A DNA stretch of 64,000 nt from an uncultured virus (IMG/VR IMGVR_UViG_3300032213_002933) (Duplodnaviria; Heunggongvirae; Uroviricota; Caudoviricetes): IMG/VR virus record IMGVR_UViG_3300032213_002933. One strand, written 5' to 3'. Each line of letters opens with the position of its first letter. Position 1 is the first letter of the stretch. The translations under genes and the position numbers were made by a program. Below are positions 20,288-30,679 of the stretch, in pieces. The notes under the pieces are model-generated. The model was not told where the DNA came from, made no database searches, and saw only the letters and a program-made list of their open reading frames with translations.

Positions 20288-23200
20288 TATCTAACACCTG
20301 CATTAATATCAATTTGCTCCGATCCAAAAGGATTCATAACTGGAATGACAGATCCTGATACACCCATACCACTCATTAAGGATCTTAATCTTGAAGCGGT
20401 GTCTGTCTGAGATCCGGTTCCACCGCCAAATCTAGGATAACTAGGATTGGATAAACTGGCTTCTTGTATCTGCTGTGGATAGTAACCCATTTGCGACATT
20501 TCCAGCCCCATATCTTGGCCAATCTTTATTTTAACTTGATCCATACTGGTATTGGGGTGCCAGCCTTCCCAGTTTTCATTAGGTAATTCGTTCTTAGAAA
20601 AATAATCAGTTAACTCTGGTCTCTTTTCTACTTCCATGCCCCACGCAGCTTCGTATATTCTCCTTTCAAGTCTTCCAGCTGTTGATAATATTCTTTTTCT
20701 TTCATCTACGGGAGCATTGATCATTGCTTTAAAATGTTCCCGTTTTCTTTTTGGTATTGCCAAAGAAAGTGACTCTATGTCAGTTCCGTATTTGCCTGAA
20801 TCTATTTCCTCTATTGGGGCGCCATACATTGTTCTTTTAGCAGCTGACTCATACTGAAAGGCTGCGCCTTTATCTCCAGCCATACTAGCCATTTTTGCTA
20901 ATCTAGTATTTTTAGTATATGTTAGAATGTCTGCGTACTCTTCTAATGCAAGTTCTTTTTTCCTAGTTCTCGGCATGAACTGCTCTCCAGTAATGGCTTC
21001 ATTGGCTGCGTGGAGTGAGGAAACGCTAAAGCCCGTTACTGCTCCAAGTGTGGACATTATAAATTTGCCTTTACCAGATTCTCCAAAGAATGTACCAGCT
21101 ACTGCTAATGCAGCGGCTGCTGTTATGGGGTTTCTATTTCCAGCCTTATTAACCATTGGAGCTACGAAGCTCTCAAAAGGCCTTTGCCATTCAGGAAAGG
21201 TTGCGCCATATACATTGTTTCTTTCCCAATCTTCTGTCGCTGTTTGTTTATTTACAAACTTCTTATTAATGAAAGTATCTCTATGTGCTAGCATCTCGCC
21301 TACTCTACTTACTGCGTGTACGGTCGGATGCATACCCATTTCCTCGGGAGTGCTATCTTTGTACTTATATTCAGTAAAGTTTTTTTTCTGCTGTATTGAT
21401 ACTGCGCGTTCTCTAAGTTCCTGGACCCTTAACTTATCGGTAGGATTATCTACCATAGAATCTATGGTTTTATCTAACGATCTAAACTGCTTTGAATACG
21501 GAGCTACGTCTCCAAGTATTTTATATTGATCCATTACCCCGTATCTACCTGTGGCATCTGGGCTTAGTCTATTTAATCTCTCATAAGCTACTCCAGGCAA
21601 TCTAAGCTCTCCCTCCGGAACTTTTGTAAACGGGTCACCTGTAGTGAAATCCGTAAAGTATTCTGATCCCGGGAGGAATGGATACTGCTTACCCATTGTA
21701 TTCTTGATCGGATTTATGTAGTCAATGCCCGATCTTTCTTTAGGTATAAATCTTCTTGTTATTTCCGAAAACTCTATAGAACCTATTTGTTTTCCGCCCA
21801 ACATAGGAATGTCTCCTAGTCCTCCTAGGTTCATATCCCAAAATTGTCTTCCAGTTCCATATCCCTTGGAAGCCGATTGCAAAACTGATCTTTGTGGAGC
21901 CAGGTCTCTTTGACCTAATCCAAAGCTTTCTCGTACGCTACTCGCGGCAAAGCCATAAATGCCTAGCATTTCCTGAGTCCTGTATCCAAGTTCCTGAGCT
22001 TGGATTTGTGGATTGCCTGCATTTATTGGACTGCCAGATGGAATAATGCGTTGTGGCATAACGCCAGTTACCTTAGGTGCCCCATAGGCCATCTGCATGT
22101 ATTGATTATTAACGCCGGATATTGTATTTCTAGTTTCATTTCTGGCAGTATTGAGGGACCCTGCTCTTCCGGCTAGCATTGCGTTAGAAGATGCCTGTGT
22201 GCCGTTTGGAGGGCCTCCAGATCCTCCCATGGCCATTCCACCTGCAACGCCTCCCATGCCCCCGAAAACGCCACCTCTACCATTGATATATGGATCTGCG
22301 TTATAAGCTCCAGATTGACCAGCCGGCACGTAGTTGGCTAGTCCCGCAGCCACTTCTTGTTGATGCATCATGGTCTGAGGTTTAAGTACTTTTCCAACAG
22401 TGGCGTTGAGTGCTGGAACAAGTGGGCCGAATGGCCCGCTGAAATACTCACCAGATACAGGGTATGGCCTATCCTCAAAGTGCTTGCGCTCAAAACGATA
22501 AGGATCAAGCGGTCTAAGTGGAGATATGTCAGTGTAAAATAGCGCTCTTTCTATTGGGCTCCCCATGCTGTCCGAGGTGAACATTGCTCCAGTTTCTAGT
22601 TTGCGATATATACTTGGGCGGTAGTACATAATTTTTCCGCCCATGAATGGAGTATTGCCCAAAGGCCAGAATCGACCTTGCCTAATTGCTACTTCGCCTT
22701 CAAATAATTGTTCTTTCTTTTCTTCAAAATTCATTCCGCCAGGAGTAATGCCAGAACCAAGAGCCTGTAAATTTCCTACTGCCTTAGCAGCTCCGCCGAT
22801 AAAGAATGGTGAGTAAACCCTTTCTCCTCTATCGTCTTTTTCATTTACCATTCCACCAATAGTTCTGTCGGCGGTCATTATGCCCAGACCAGCACCGTAT
22901 ATTGGCAGGATTCTTTTTCCTACCATTCCACTTGTAAATAAACTTAAAGGTGAACCGTATTGAGAAACGTCTAACTGTAGGCCAATAGTTCCAAAATATT
23001 TATTTAGTCTTTCAACGCTGTGCGATACTGCAGTCGACGCATTGGAGTAGCTTTCTCGGCTACTGTAGGTGTTAATGCCTGTGACACTTTTCAGTGCGCC
23101 ATATGGGTTTCTAGCAAAAACGGTACCAAAAGTTGGAACCAGAAGAACGTCGGCGCCCTGTCCTGTTGTAGATCCGAGAACGTCTGTTGCTGATTCTGAT

Positions 23201-26200
23201 ATGCGATAAGGAGCCGTACTGAGTCTAGGATATAATGCTTTCTTAATTAAACCAGACCTTCCTACCTCTCCTATTCTTTGGCTAGTTCCAGTAACAAAAG
23301 GATCAACTAGTCCTCCTGCGTCCTTTAGGGCCTCTATGGAATTTTTGAATGCGCCTCTTTGTACCGCTAGTTCACTTAGTCCAGCCCTATTTGCTTTCAT
23401 CGAACTTAAATTAAATAGTGTTGAAAGTCCGGCTGCTTGCGCTTCTGCTAACTGACCAGGTGGCAAATCCTTTGCCATTGCAGTAATAATTTCATTCATC
23501 TGAATAAAAGTATTAGAAAAATTTCGCCCTGCTGCACCGGCTGAACCTGATGCTAGTAATTCATTTCTTTGAACTAAATATTTGAATAATTCATCTTGAA
23601 GCTCATCCCCTCTTGTTAAGATTGTGGGGCTTCTTTTTCTGATATGGGACCCAGACATTAAATCTGCGTCCTGCATTATATCTCTTAGTCTTCTACTTGT
23701 TTCATACAAGGCGTCTGGTTCATAACCTAAGCCCCTTATTCTAGAGGCGTCATAATTCAATGATGCAAGTACGTCATCGGTCATTTGTTTTGTATCTTGA
23801 ACATTGGTAAGTGAAGAGACTCTTCTACCATTAAATGTTCCTATGCCATTATCCTCAAGAACTTTCATTACTCTCTTGGGCATGGCAAAGCCACGAGTTT
23901 GTTTTCTAAAGTTTTCAAATGACCTTAGCATTTCGCCTTCGGTGATCATTTCGCCTGCAGTACCGGGGGATCTTGCTGTCACTGCGCCAGTATCATCTGC
24001 TATATTTACTCTGAATTGTTTCCCATTCGAATCAACTGTTTCGTTCTTGAGGAGTCGTCCAAAGAAGGCTGGATTTTCTGGATCAGCCTTTCTTTTGGCG
24101 AACCTTGACAATAGGCGCCCAATTGAATTCGGCTGCTCATAATCAACATCGAATCTTTGTCTAAGGGCAAGTTCTCTTTCTGGGCTAACTCCGAGTCTTT
24201 TTAATAAATTTGATCTATTTTTTCCATCGGCAAATTCAACTTCATTAAGCGACTTCGCCTTACTTTCTGAAGCTGCGTTTCTTGCAGACCTTGAAAGCAT
24301 TTCGTTACTTTTCCTGGAAAGGGGTCTATAGAATCCTTCTAACTCTTTTGACTGATATTGGCCAGTTATTGATTCCTCAGTAAAGGACATTACCTTATGC
24401 TTAGTGCGGCCTCCACTATAGGACAAAAAGAAATCAGCGCCTCTATCTGCTTCAGGGAGAAACGGTTGAGATACTTTTCCTTGCACTATTTGGAATGGAG
24501 CACGGCCTGACATTTCGTCGAATGAGCCTTTTCCAAACATCCGCGCTGGATTAAAGTTAAGTATAGGAATTTTTAAATCATTACTTAAAAAGTTGCCAAC
24601 GTTTCTTACTGACTGCTTAACGCCAGAGAAGTCCAATACACTTCCAGAACGAGTCGTGTAAACATCTCTCATTACTGAAACGCTAGAAGATGTTGTTGTT
24701 GGATCGGCTAATGCCATTCTTTTGGATATTTCACCTAACATTGTTTGACTATCGTCGCTAAGTCCTGCGAATAGCCCTTGACTTACGCCTTCATCTAAAG
24801 TCATTGCCTTTAATCCGAGAATATTAAATCCTCTACTAAATATGCCAGTACTTATCTGCTTTTCTCTTACTAGAAAACTTCTTAGACTATCTGGATTATT
24901 AGTATTTAATCCTCTTTTTCCTAGGCTTTGACTCAGTACGGCATTAGAGACTTCTCGACCATTTGCGTCTTTTAGATTTATTCCTAGCCTTTGCGCTGAT
25001 CTTTTAATTAAAAAATCTTTTTGGGAAACTGATAAATTACTTAAGTCTGCAAAATCTTCAAAATCTGCTTTTTTAGTCTTTAGTACCTTGCCTGCCACAC
25101 GGGGCATGGCATTATCTAGTATGGAATTCCATCCCTTTTCTGCTTTTACTTTTATTGCAGCTTGAAATTCTTTTCCTTCAAATATTCTATTAGTATTTTC
25201 TATAGATGTTTTCAGGGCATCTGAGCTGAGAAACCCTCCCTCAATCGGATCGTCTACCGTTGTTGAAAATCTTTTTAATATTTCCTCAAAAGCTTCATCG
25301 CCCTCTTTGATGATTTTAGTTTTGCCAATAGTTACTTTTCTACTAGTTTCTTTGACTGAAGTATTAACACTTACATCATTTATGAATTTTCCTAAAGCCC
25401 CGGAAAATCCTTCACGACCAGAATTTGGTGATATATCTAATATTTGTTTTTGAAGAAGCTTCTTAAACTCGCGCTCTTCTACTTGTCTATAAAACTCTGA
25501 GCCACTAAAGGTCTTACTACCTACGCCTCCTCCTCCGCTATCACTAAATCTTTGAGCTAACTTGGATACTTTGCTGGAGAAATTAGCTCGCACATTTGTG
25601 ACTACACTTGTTAATTCATCTGCGTTCATCCCAGATTTATGTAGGGCTGCGTCAAAACTTATTGCTTTATTTATTACATCATAGCCAACTCCAGTTTTCT
25701 TGAATGCACTAATACCTTGATTGACGCCTGAACCAATTCCTCTTAATCCGGGCAATAAATCTATATAGCCAAAATTGCCATCTGCTCCATCTCCAAAGGC
25801 TAATTTTCGACCAAATGTTGCAGCTCTTTTTAGAGTGCTTTGACCTGTAGAATTTGCCCAAGATTCTCTAGCTCCAGTGTTTCTAATGCTGTGCATAATG
25901 GCATTGATGTTAGGTCGCTGACTTACATAGTTTTCTGTTGCTGCCTTAACTGCAGCTGACCCTTGGGTTGAAACTTTTAATGCCTGATTTGTTATCTTGC
26001 CTAGGTCATGGCCGACTTCTCCTAGGATATCGTCTAAATCAGTAAAGCGCTGGGCTACCTTTGTCTTGAAGGAATTGACCCCAGACGACCTTGCCACATC
26101 CCCCATTGATTGCCTAAAGTTGTGAAGAGATGACCTTGCGTTACCTGCTGCTGCGCCTGCTGCTTCAAATGGCAAGATTGTTGTAGCTAGAGCTATTGAG

Positions 26201-26892
26201 GATTCTTTAACAAAGTCTGTAACAACATCTACGGGGTTGTACCAGTTAACTTTACGCTTATCTTCTTTTCCTCCAAAAATTGGATCCACTAAGGCTTTTT
26301 GTCCAACATATAGTGCTGGCAATTCGTAAGGCGCACGCCTTGCGGAGGCGACCATCCTACTCTGTATGGAGTCCCTGAGTGACCATATCGCTGCTGGCTC
26401 ACTCTCAATACCCCTGCCTGCCTGGTTAAGTTCTGCAGAAGTAAAGTAATCGCCTCGGTCAGTTAACTTTGTTTGACCTGTAGTTAGCTTGCCATTACTT
26501 TCAAATACTAGATTGCTATATGGATCCAGTTGATCTGGTTCTACGCCATCTATGGCCCTACTGACGCCACCTAGTTGGTCCAATTCTTTTCTAAATCCAG
26601 TAAGACTTTTTACTGTCCTTGAAGAAAAGCCCTCTGGATTGATAGATGCCTGATCCTGAAGCGTTTTGGCTAGTTTCAGGCCACCTTCTTTAGTGATCTT
26701 ACTAAGAACAAACATGGCGCCTAAAGTGGCTCCACTCGTTGCAAAGAACCTTAATACTGGGTGACCATTTAGGGCTTTACTTACAAAGCCAGAATTAGGA
26801 GCATCACCGCGCTCCTCATCGTTCATTGTTGGTAGGTCTCTAGACGTTACATTGTAACCTAAGTTTTGTATAGGTCCTGGATCTCTTACCAC
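20287..26892 (-). CDS. tape measure-like / large internal virion protein
   Basis: 2201 aa directly after two tail chaperones; G/A/S-rich helical composition with several hydrophobic segments; GTG start. Confidence 0.6.
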   Translation of the reverse strand: MVRDPGPIQNLGYNVTSRDLPTMNDEERGDAPNSGFVSKALNGHPVLRFFATSGATLGAMFVLSKITKEGGLKLAKTLQDQASINPEGFSSRTVKSLTGFRKELDQLGGVSRAIDGVEPDQLDPYSNLVFESNGKLTTGQTKLTDRGDYFTSAELNQAGRGIESEPAAIWSLRDSIQSRMVASARRAPYELPALYVGQKALVDPIFGGKEDKRKVNWYNPVDVVTDFVKESSIALATTILPFEAAGAAAGNARSSLHNFRQSMGDVARSSGVNSFKTKVAQRFTDLDDILGEVGHDLGKITNQALKVSTQGSAAVKAATENYVSQRPNINAIMHSIRNTGARESWANSTGQSTLKRAATFGRKLAFGDGADGNFGYIDLLPGLRGIGSGVNQGISAFKKTGVGYDVINKAISFDAALHKSGMNADELTSVVTNVRANFSSKVSKLAQRFSDSGGGGVGSKTFSGSEFYRQVEEREFKKLLQKQILDISPNSGREGFSGALGKFINDVSVNTSVKETSRKVTIGKTKIIKEGDEAFEEILKRFSTTVDDPIEGGFLSSDALKTSIENTNRIFEGKEFQAAIKVKAEKGWNSILDNAMPRVAGKVLKTKKADFEDFADLSNLSVSQKDFLIKRSAQRLGINLKDANGREVSNAVLSQSLGKRGLNTNNPDSLRSFLVREKQISTGIFSRGFNILGLKAMTLDEGVSQGLFAGLSDDSQTMLGEISKRMALADPTTTSSSVSVMRDVYTTRSGSVLDFSGVKQSVRNVGNFLSNDLKIPILNFNPARMFGKGSFDEMSGRAPFQIVQGKVSQPFLPEADRGADFFLSYSGGRTKHKVMSFTEESITGQYQSKELEGFYRPLSRKSNEMLSRSARNAASESKAKSLNEVEFADGKNRSNLLKRLGVSPERELALRQRFDVDYEQPNSIGRLLSRFAKRKADPENPAFFGRLLKNETVDSNGKQFRVNIADDTGAVTARSPGTAGEMITEGEMLRSFENFRKQTRGFAMPKRVMKVLEDNGIGTFNGRRVSSLTNVQDTKQMTDDVLASLNYDASRIRGLGYEPDALYETSRRLRDIMQDADLMSGSHIRKRSPTILTRGDELQDELFKYLVQRNELLASGSAGAAGRNFSNTFIQMNEIITAMAKDLPPGQLAEAQAAGLSTLFNLSSMKANRAGLSELAVQRGAFKNSIEALKDAGGLVDPFVTGTSQRIGEVGRSGLIKKALYPRLSTAPYRISESATDVLGSTTGQGADVLLVPTFGTVFARNPYGALKSVTGINTYSSRESYSNASTAVSHSVERLNKYFGTIGLQLDVSQYGSPLSLFTSGMVGKRILPIYGAGLGIMTADRTIGGMVNEKDDRGERVYSPFFIGGAAKAVGNLQALGSGITPGGMNFEEKKEQLFEGEVAIRQGRFWPLGNTPFMGGKIMYYRPSIYRKLETGAMFTSDSMGSPIERALFYTDISPLRPLDPYRFERKHFEDRPYPVSGEYFSGPFGPLVPALNATVGKVLKPQTMMHQQEVAAGLANYVPAGQSGAYNADPYINGRGGVFGGMGGVAGGMAMGGSGGPPNGTQASSNAMLAGRAGSLNTARNETRNTISGVNNQYMQMAYGAPKVTGVMPQRIIPSGSPINAGNPQIQAQELGYRTQEMLGIYGFAASSVRESFGLGQRDLAPQRSVLQSASKGYGTGRQFWDMNLGGLGDIPMLGGKQIGSIEFSEITRRFIPKERSGIDYINPIKNTMGKQYPFLPGSEYFTDFTTGDPFTKVPEGELRLPGVAYERLNRLSPDATGRYGVMDQYKILGDVAPYSKQFRSLDKTIDSMVDNPTDKLRVQELRERAVSIQQKKNFTEYKYKDSTPEEMGMHPTVHAVSRVGEMLAHRDTFINKKFVNKQTATEDWERNNVYGATFPEWQRPFESFVAPMVNKAGNRNPITAAAALAVAGTFFGESGKGKFIMSTLGAVTGFSVSSLHAANEAITGEQFMPRTRKKELALEEYADILTYTKNTRLAKMASMAGDKGAAFQYESAAKRTMYGAPIEEIDSGKYGTDIESLSLAIPKRKREHFKAMINAPVDERKRILSTAGRLERRIYEAAWGMEVEKRPELTDYFSKNELPNENWEGWHPNTSMDQVKIKIGQDMGLEMSQMGYYPQQIQEASLSNPSYPRFGGGTGSQTDTASRLRSLMSGMGVSGSVIPVMNPFGSEQIDINAGVR

Positions 26893-26906
26893 AGTTCTTC
26901 CTTAGC

Positions 26907-27536
26907 TTAACCTGATCTCCACAACTGGTTTGCAATGGGGTCTTGATATGCTGCTTCTCCTTCTTTCTTGGAAAGATTATGACGAGCAGCTTTAACTTTT
27001 TCTTTTTCTACTTCTTCTTGTGGATCAATCAATTGCAAAGTTAAATTGGTTGGCTCCATACCATTCATGTTCTGTTTAATCTCAATTATTTTTTCTGAAA
27101 GAGCTACATTTTCAGCTAACTCAGAGAATGTCATATTCTCTAAATCATCCGGAGTATATGTAGATATAGTAGCGAGAACAAAGGCTTTCATTAAATTTTT
27201 GACCTCAGTAGCTTCATATCTTTTTTCCTCAAGAATATTCTTAGCCAAGGACACAGTAAAGAAGCCAGATATATTCAATATCTCTTGGGACAATGAAGAC
27301 ACTGCCCCAGGAGATATTGACATTAAATCAAAATTTTCTGGATAAATAATAGCGTACGACAGAATTAGGTCTTCCATATCAGCGGAAGAAAAACCATCCA
27401 AACCCTGAAGATATAATATCTTATTATATTCTTTAAAAGTTAATTCTCTGAAAACTAAAGTTTGACTTTTTACATCAACGCTATAGATGTTTCCATATTT
27501 ACTTTTTAAGGTAAATACTAACTCTGGGTCTATCAT
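26907..27536 (-). CDS. tail assembly chaperone-like protein 2
   Basis: LKSKYGNIYSV...LVFRELTFKEY...IIYP...SQEILNISGF; paralogous to the upstream gene. Confidence 0.6.
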   Translation of the reverse strand: MIDPELVFTLKSKYGNIYSVDVKSQTLVFRELTFKEYNKILYLQGLDGFSSADMEDLILSYAIIYPENFDLMSISPGAVSSLSQEILNISGFFTVSLAKNILEEKRYEATEVKNLMKAFVLATISTYTPDDLENMTFSELAENVALSEKIIEIKQNMNGMEPTNLTLQLIDPQEEVEKEKVKAARHNLSKKEGEAAYQDPIANQLWRSG

Positions 27537-27539
27537 AAA

Positions 27540-28097
27540 TTACAGCTGTCTTACCTCTAAGGCAACGAATCCTGAAGCTTCTAATACCTCTTGGGCAATT
27601 AACGAAGGGAGGCCAGCCATAAATCCAGCAGAATTATTCTTGTCAAACTTGGGGTACAGCATGCATAGCTCTGATATGGTTTCTTCATTCCAGAGGTTAG
27701 CTTCTGCTGTAGTTAACTGTCCTGCCTGAACCAGCTGTTCCATTTTCTTAACAATTTGCTTATACTCAGCACGGTTTAAAACTCTCCATACAATATGCTT
27801 ATCATAAGTAATAGATGTTACATAAATGTCACCATATTGCTTTTTCCAATCCTTGACAGTGCCTGCTAGCGGTCCGCCATCCCAAATTGGTTCTTCATCT
27901 GGAACATCTTCTATATCCTGGTAGTCAGCATCGTTCTGCATTGGCAGCTCTTCATCTTCTAAGTCTGGAGAATAGCCTGATGCAAGATCGCTTGCGTTGG
28001 GGTCATCCGACATTTCTAGATCTACCGTAGTAGTTTCAAAGTCTTCGCCAGATTCAATATCTAGATTTTTAACAACAACTTTTCTTTTAGAATCCAT
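27540..28097 (-). CDS. tail assembly chaperone-like protein 1
   Basis: WKKQYGDIYV...VWRVLNRAEY...CMLYP...AQEVLEASGF; sits between tube genes and tape measure. Confidence 0.65.
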   Translation of the reverse strand: MDSKRKVVVKNLDIESGEDFETTTVDLEMSDDPNASDLASGYSPDLEDEELPMQNDADYQDIEDVPDEEPIWDGGPLAGTVKDWKKQYGDIYVTSITYDKHIVWRVLNRAEYKQIVKKMEQLVQAGQLTTAEANLWNEETISELCMLYPKFDKNNSAGFMAGLPSLIAQEVLEASGFVALEVRQL

Positions 28098-28125
28098 AAT
28101 TACTCTCTTTCACTCGAATCAATTC

Positions 28126-28154
28126 ATTATATCATACTATACTTATTCAAACAA
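28126..28154 (-). promoter_or_regulatory. sigma70/sigmaA-type promoter with extended -10
   Basis: minus strand TTGTTT-N17-TATAAT with TG immediately upstream (TGATATAAT), about 30 nt before the ATG at 28097. Confidence 0.55.
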
Positions 28155-28158
28155 CTGC

Positions 28159-29136
28159 TTACGGTAGGCTTACGATCTGTCCCGTGCCCCCTGTAGGCTT
28201 GTACCAATTTGACATATTGCCACTTGTAGATGTTGCAGTTTCTGCCGATCTTGCAGACTCTGGATCTGCTGAGGTATTAAAAGTAGTTTTTGTCTTGACA
28301 AAGGAAAGATTAGCCTCTGTGAAATAGTGATCTCTTGCTATAAATTGATAACTTTCACCAACAGGCTGACCGCCGGGTCCGTAGGCAATAGACATATTGG
28401 TCAGGTTTACCTCTTGTATTACTATTTTCATAGGTTGAGAAAAATCATCAGATTTAACGGTTCTTTGATTGACGTCTGAAATCATCATTCTATCTATGTT
28501 ATCAGAGATATTAGTATCTTCAGATTGGTATACATTCAGTGGGGATAGCGCAACTTCTTCTAGTCCATATACTATAATTAAATTAAATGGCGGATGGGCG
28601 CTAAAAATATTTCTATTAGAATTTTGAACGTTTTTGAAAAATGGGTCGTCAGTAGTTCTGTCCAACTGCCCTCTCGCCCAATACTTTTCTATTAACTTTT
28701 CATCTTCTTCTGTTTCAAAACTAGATCTAAGATTAGACATAACCTCATTAATCGGATATTTATTTTTTGCTGCGCGCGCTCTAACATCGGCTGCTTTTTC
28801 AAGTAGTTCTGTCATTCTTCTTGGGTACTTGGAGAACATTGTTATTTCTCCAGTAATAATTCTAGTCCCATACATCATGGCGTCGTAATTATATGACCAG
28901 AAACCGTATAGCGGTTGCTTCTCTTGTCTGACATTGAAGGCAAAGTTTGCAATGTCAAGTTCATCTTCGGGAGAAAATAATCCATCTATATATATTCTTA
29001 TATCTTCACCACTAAAGTAATAATCATAATAGTTACTAAAGCGTAAGTCTTCTTGTGTTCCACCACTCCATACGGCATCTAATCGTTCGTGAAGTGGGTC
29101 AAACTCTCTTGAGTTGTTTATATTTCTAATTGTCAT
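28159..29136 (-). CDS. tail tube paralogue 3 (tube initiator-like)
   Basis: YFSGEDI, QEKQPLYGF, GTRIITGEI and HPPFNL match the motifs of the major tube protein. Confidence 0.65.
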   Translation of the reverse strand: MTIRNINNSREFDPLHERLDAVWSGGTQEDLRFSNYYDYYFSGEDIRIYIDGLFSPEDELDIANFAFNVRQEKQPLYGFWSYNYDAMMYGTRIITGEITMFSKYPRRMTELLEKAADVRARAAKNKYPINEVMSNLRSSFETEEDEKLIEKYWARGQLDRTTDDPFFKNVQNSNRNIFSAHPPFNLIIVYGLEEVALSPLNVYQSEDTNISDNIDRMMISDVNQRTVKSDDFSQPMKIVIQEVNLTNMSIAYGPGGQPVGESYQFIARDHYFTEANLSFVKTKTTFNTSADPESARSAETATSTSGNMSNWYKPTGGTGQIVSLP

Positions 29137-29918
29137 TTTGGAGGCTGCACCTGAGTTGTATTATTTTCGTTCTTTTTAGGATTATACTTTGTTTGATAAT
29201 ACTCTTCTTCGTTTAGCGACGCCAGCTCTTCCACGATAAGATCACCAAATATATTAGATCCAATATTCATATCTCTTGCCTTCATTTCTTGAGTATAGGA
29301 TAGATCCTTGGGAACTAAGTCATCATTTGGTATTTTTATTAAAGGCTGGATACCTCTAGCCATATAGGTATATGTTTGCTCTGTTATTAGGTCATCTATG
29401 GATAAGGTCTGACCTTCGTCAACTATCGTGATACCAAAGATTTTCATTTTTGCTCCAATACCATATTCGTTAAAAAATGTGATGACGATATCGAATGGTG
29501 GCAACATGTCTGCGAGTGGCGCAAAGAAACCTTGTTTTCTGGCTAAGTATTCTCTAAATTGCTTTATTCTATAGAAAGCGTACTCGTTGAAAACGGTAAA
29601 TATCAAGCTTCCAGCAATAGTTCTTCCGCCCTTGACAAAGCCTCTGACGTTTACGTGCCCTAGGGTCCTTATAGGTGAGTTTTCTCTGTGTATAGAGTAT
29701 GAGATGGTTTGAAGTTCACCGAGAGTTATTATGTCACCCTGAGCTTCAACATTTCCCTGTTTACCTATCACAGGAACTATCATCGTTGCTACTGCGTCTG
29801 CTCCAGAGAAGGACATATTCGACATGTACTTATCAAAGTCAAATAAGTCATTTCCAGAGTTTTCTTTATTCTCTTCTTTTCTGGTGAGCTTAAAAGGGAA
29901 CGATTGCCCTTGTGCCAT
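29133..29918 (-). CDS. tail tube paralogue 2 (tube initiator-like)
   Basis: FSGADA, RENSPIRTLG, RTIAGSLIFTVF, PPFDIVITFFNEYG and TYMAR are shared with the 220-aa tube protein. Confidence 0.7.
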   Translation of the reverse strand: MAQGQSFPFKLTRKEENKENSGNDLFDFDKYMSNMSFSGADAVATMIVPVIGKQGNVEAQGDIITLGELQTISYSIHRENSPIRTLGHVNVRGFVKGGRTIAGSLIFTVFNEYAFYRIKQFREYLARKQGFFAPLADMLPPFDIVITFFNEYGIGAKMKIFGITIVDEGQTLSIDDLITEQTYTYMARGIQPLIKIPNDDLVPKDLSYTQEMKARDMNIGSNIFGDLIVEELASLNEEEYYQTKYNPKKNENNTTQVQPPK

Positions 29919-29930
29919 ATTATTCTCCTA

Positions 29931-29971
29931 TAAATAAAAAGGTGCATGGAAGAAGCCTCCCATGCACCTTT
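29931..29971 (-). terminator. intrinsic terminator after the major tube gene
   Basis: perfect 12-bp inverted repeat AAAGGTGCATGG/CCATGCACCTTT (29938-29949, 29960-29971) followed on the minus strand by a T tract. Confidence 0.8.
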
Positions 29972-29990
29972 CACGTAAAATTACACTCTA

Positions 29991-30653
29991 TCAGGGTCTG
30001 ATAATTGTGGTGTTCAATCCCTCAGGTGGAATACCTACCAGGCTAGTCGGATCGACAAGCGTATCATTTCTGATAACGTACATCGGTCCAAGCTCACGGG
30101 CTACGTAAGTCATTGTCTCTTCGATAACGATGTCATCCATCGAGGCTCCCGAACCTTCGTTCAAAAGCTCAACACCAAAGATTGATCTTACTGCTGCCTG
30201 ACCATATTCGTTAGCGAATGTAACGGTAATGTCAAAAGGAGGAATCTGATCTGCATAGTAAGGAACTTTTCTTACTACGCCGGTCTTCTGCTCATTAACA
30301 TCAGCGATACCGCGTCGATGGCCATTGTCACCGGGCAATGTGTTGTGACTTCTTGTGTAAAAGTCCATAGGTCTGTTTTGTGTATAGTTTTGTTCCAACA
30401 TCTTATAAAGTGCGGGACGATCAAAAACTGTAAAGATTAAAGAGCCAGCTATTCCTCTTTTTCCTCTTGAGAAGGAACGAGGATTAGGTGATCCCATGGT
30501 ATAGATTGGGGCCTTTTCTCTAGTAACAGAGAAAGTGATGCCTGATAAGGCGCCAATTTCTACGCCACCAAATGTGGCTACAATGTCTGCTCCTGAGAAC
30601 GTGGTGTAAGTATTGAGATACTTATTAACTGATGTATATTCTTCTGCTGCCAT
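29991..30653 (-). CDS. major tail tube protein
   Basis: follows the sheath, strong SD (ggaggg) and downstream terminator; FSGADI...REKAPIYTMG...RGIAGSLIF. Confidence 0.75.
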   Translation of the reverse strand: MAAEEYTSVNKYLNTYTTFSGADIVATFGGVEIGALSGITFSVTREKAPIYTMGSPNPRSFSRGKRGIAGSLIFTVFDRPALYKMLEQNYTQNRPMDFYTRSHNTLPGDNGHRRGIADVNEQKTGVVRKVPYYADQIPPFDITVTFANEYGQAAVRSIFGVELLNEGSGASMDDIVIEETMTYVARELGPMYVIRNDTLVDPTSLVGIPPEGLNTTIIRP

Positions 30654-30679
30654 TTAAGTTACCCTCCTAGTCGGTAATT

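Noticed and set aside
27480..27620. Programmed -1 frameshift joining the tail chaperones
   Set aside because: No clear slippery heptamer near the first stop, and the second gene is a full paralogue with its own ATG
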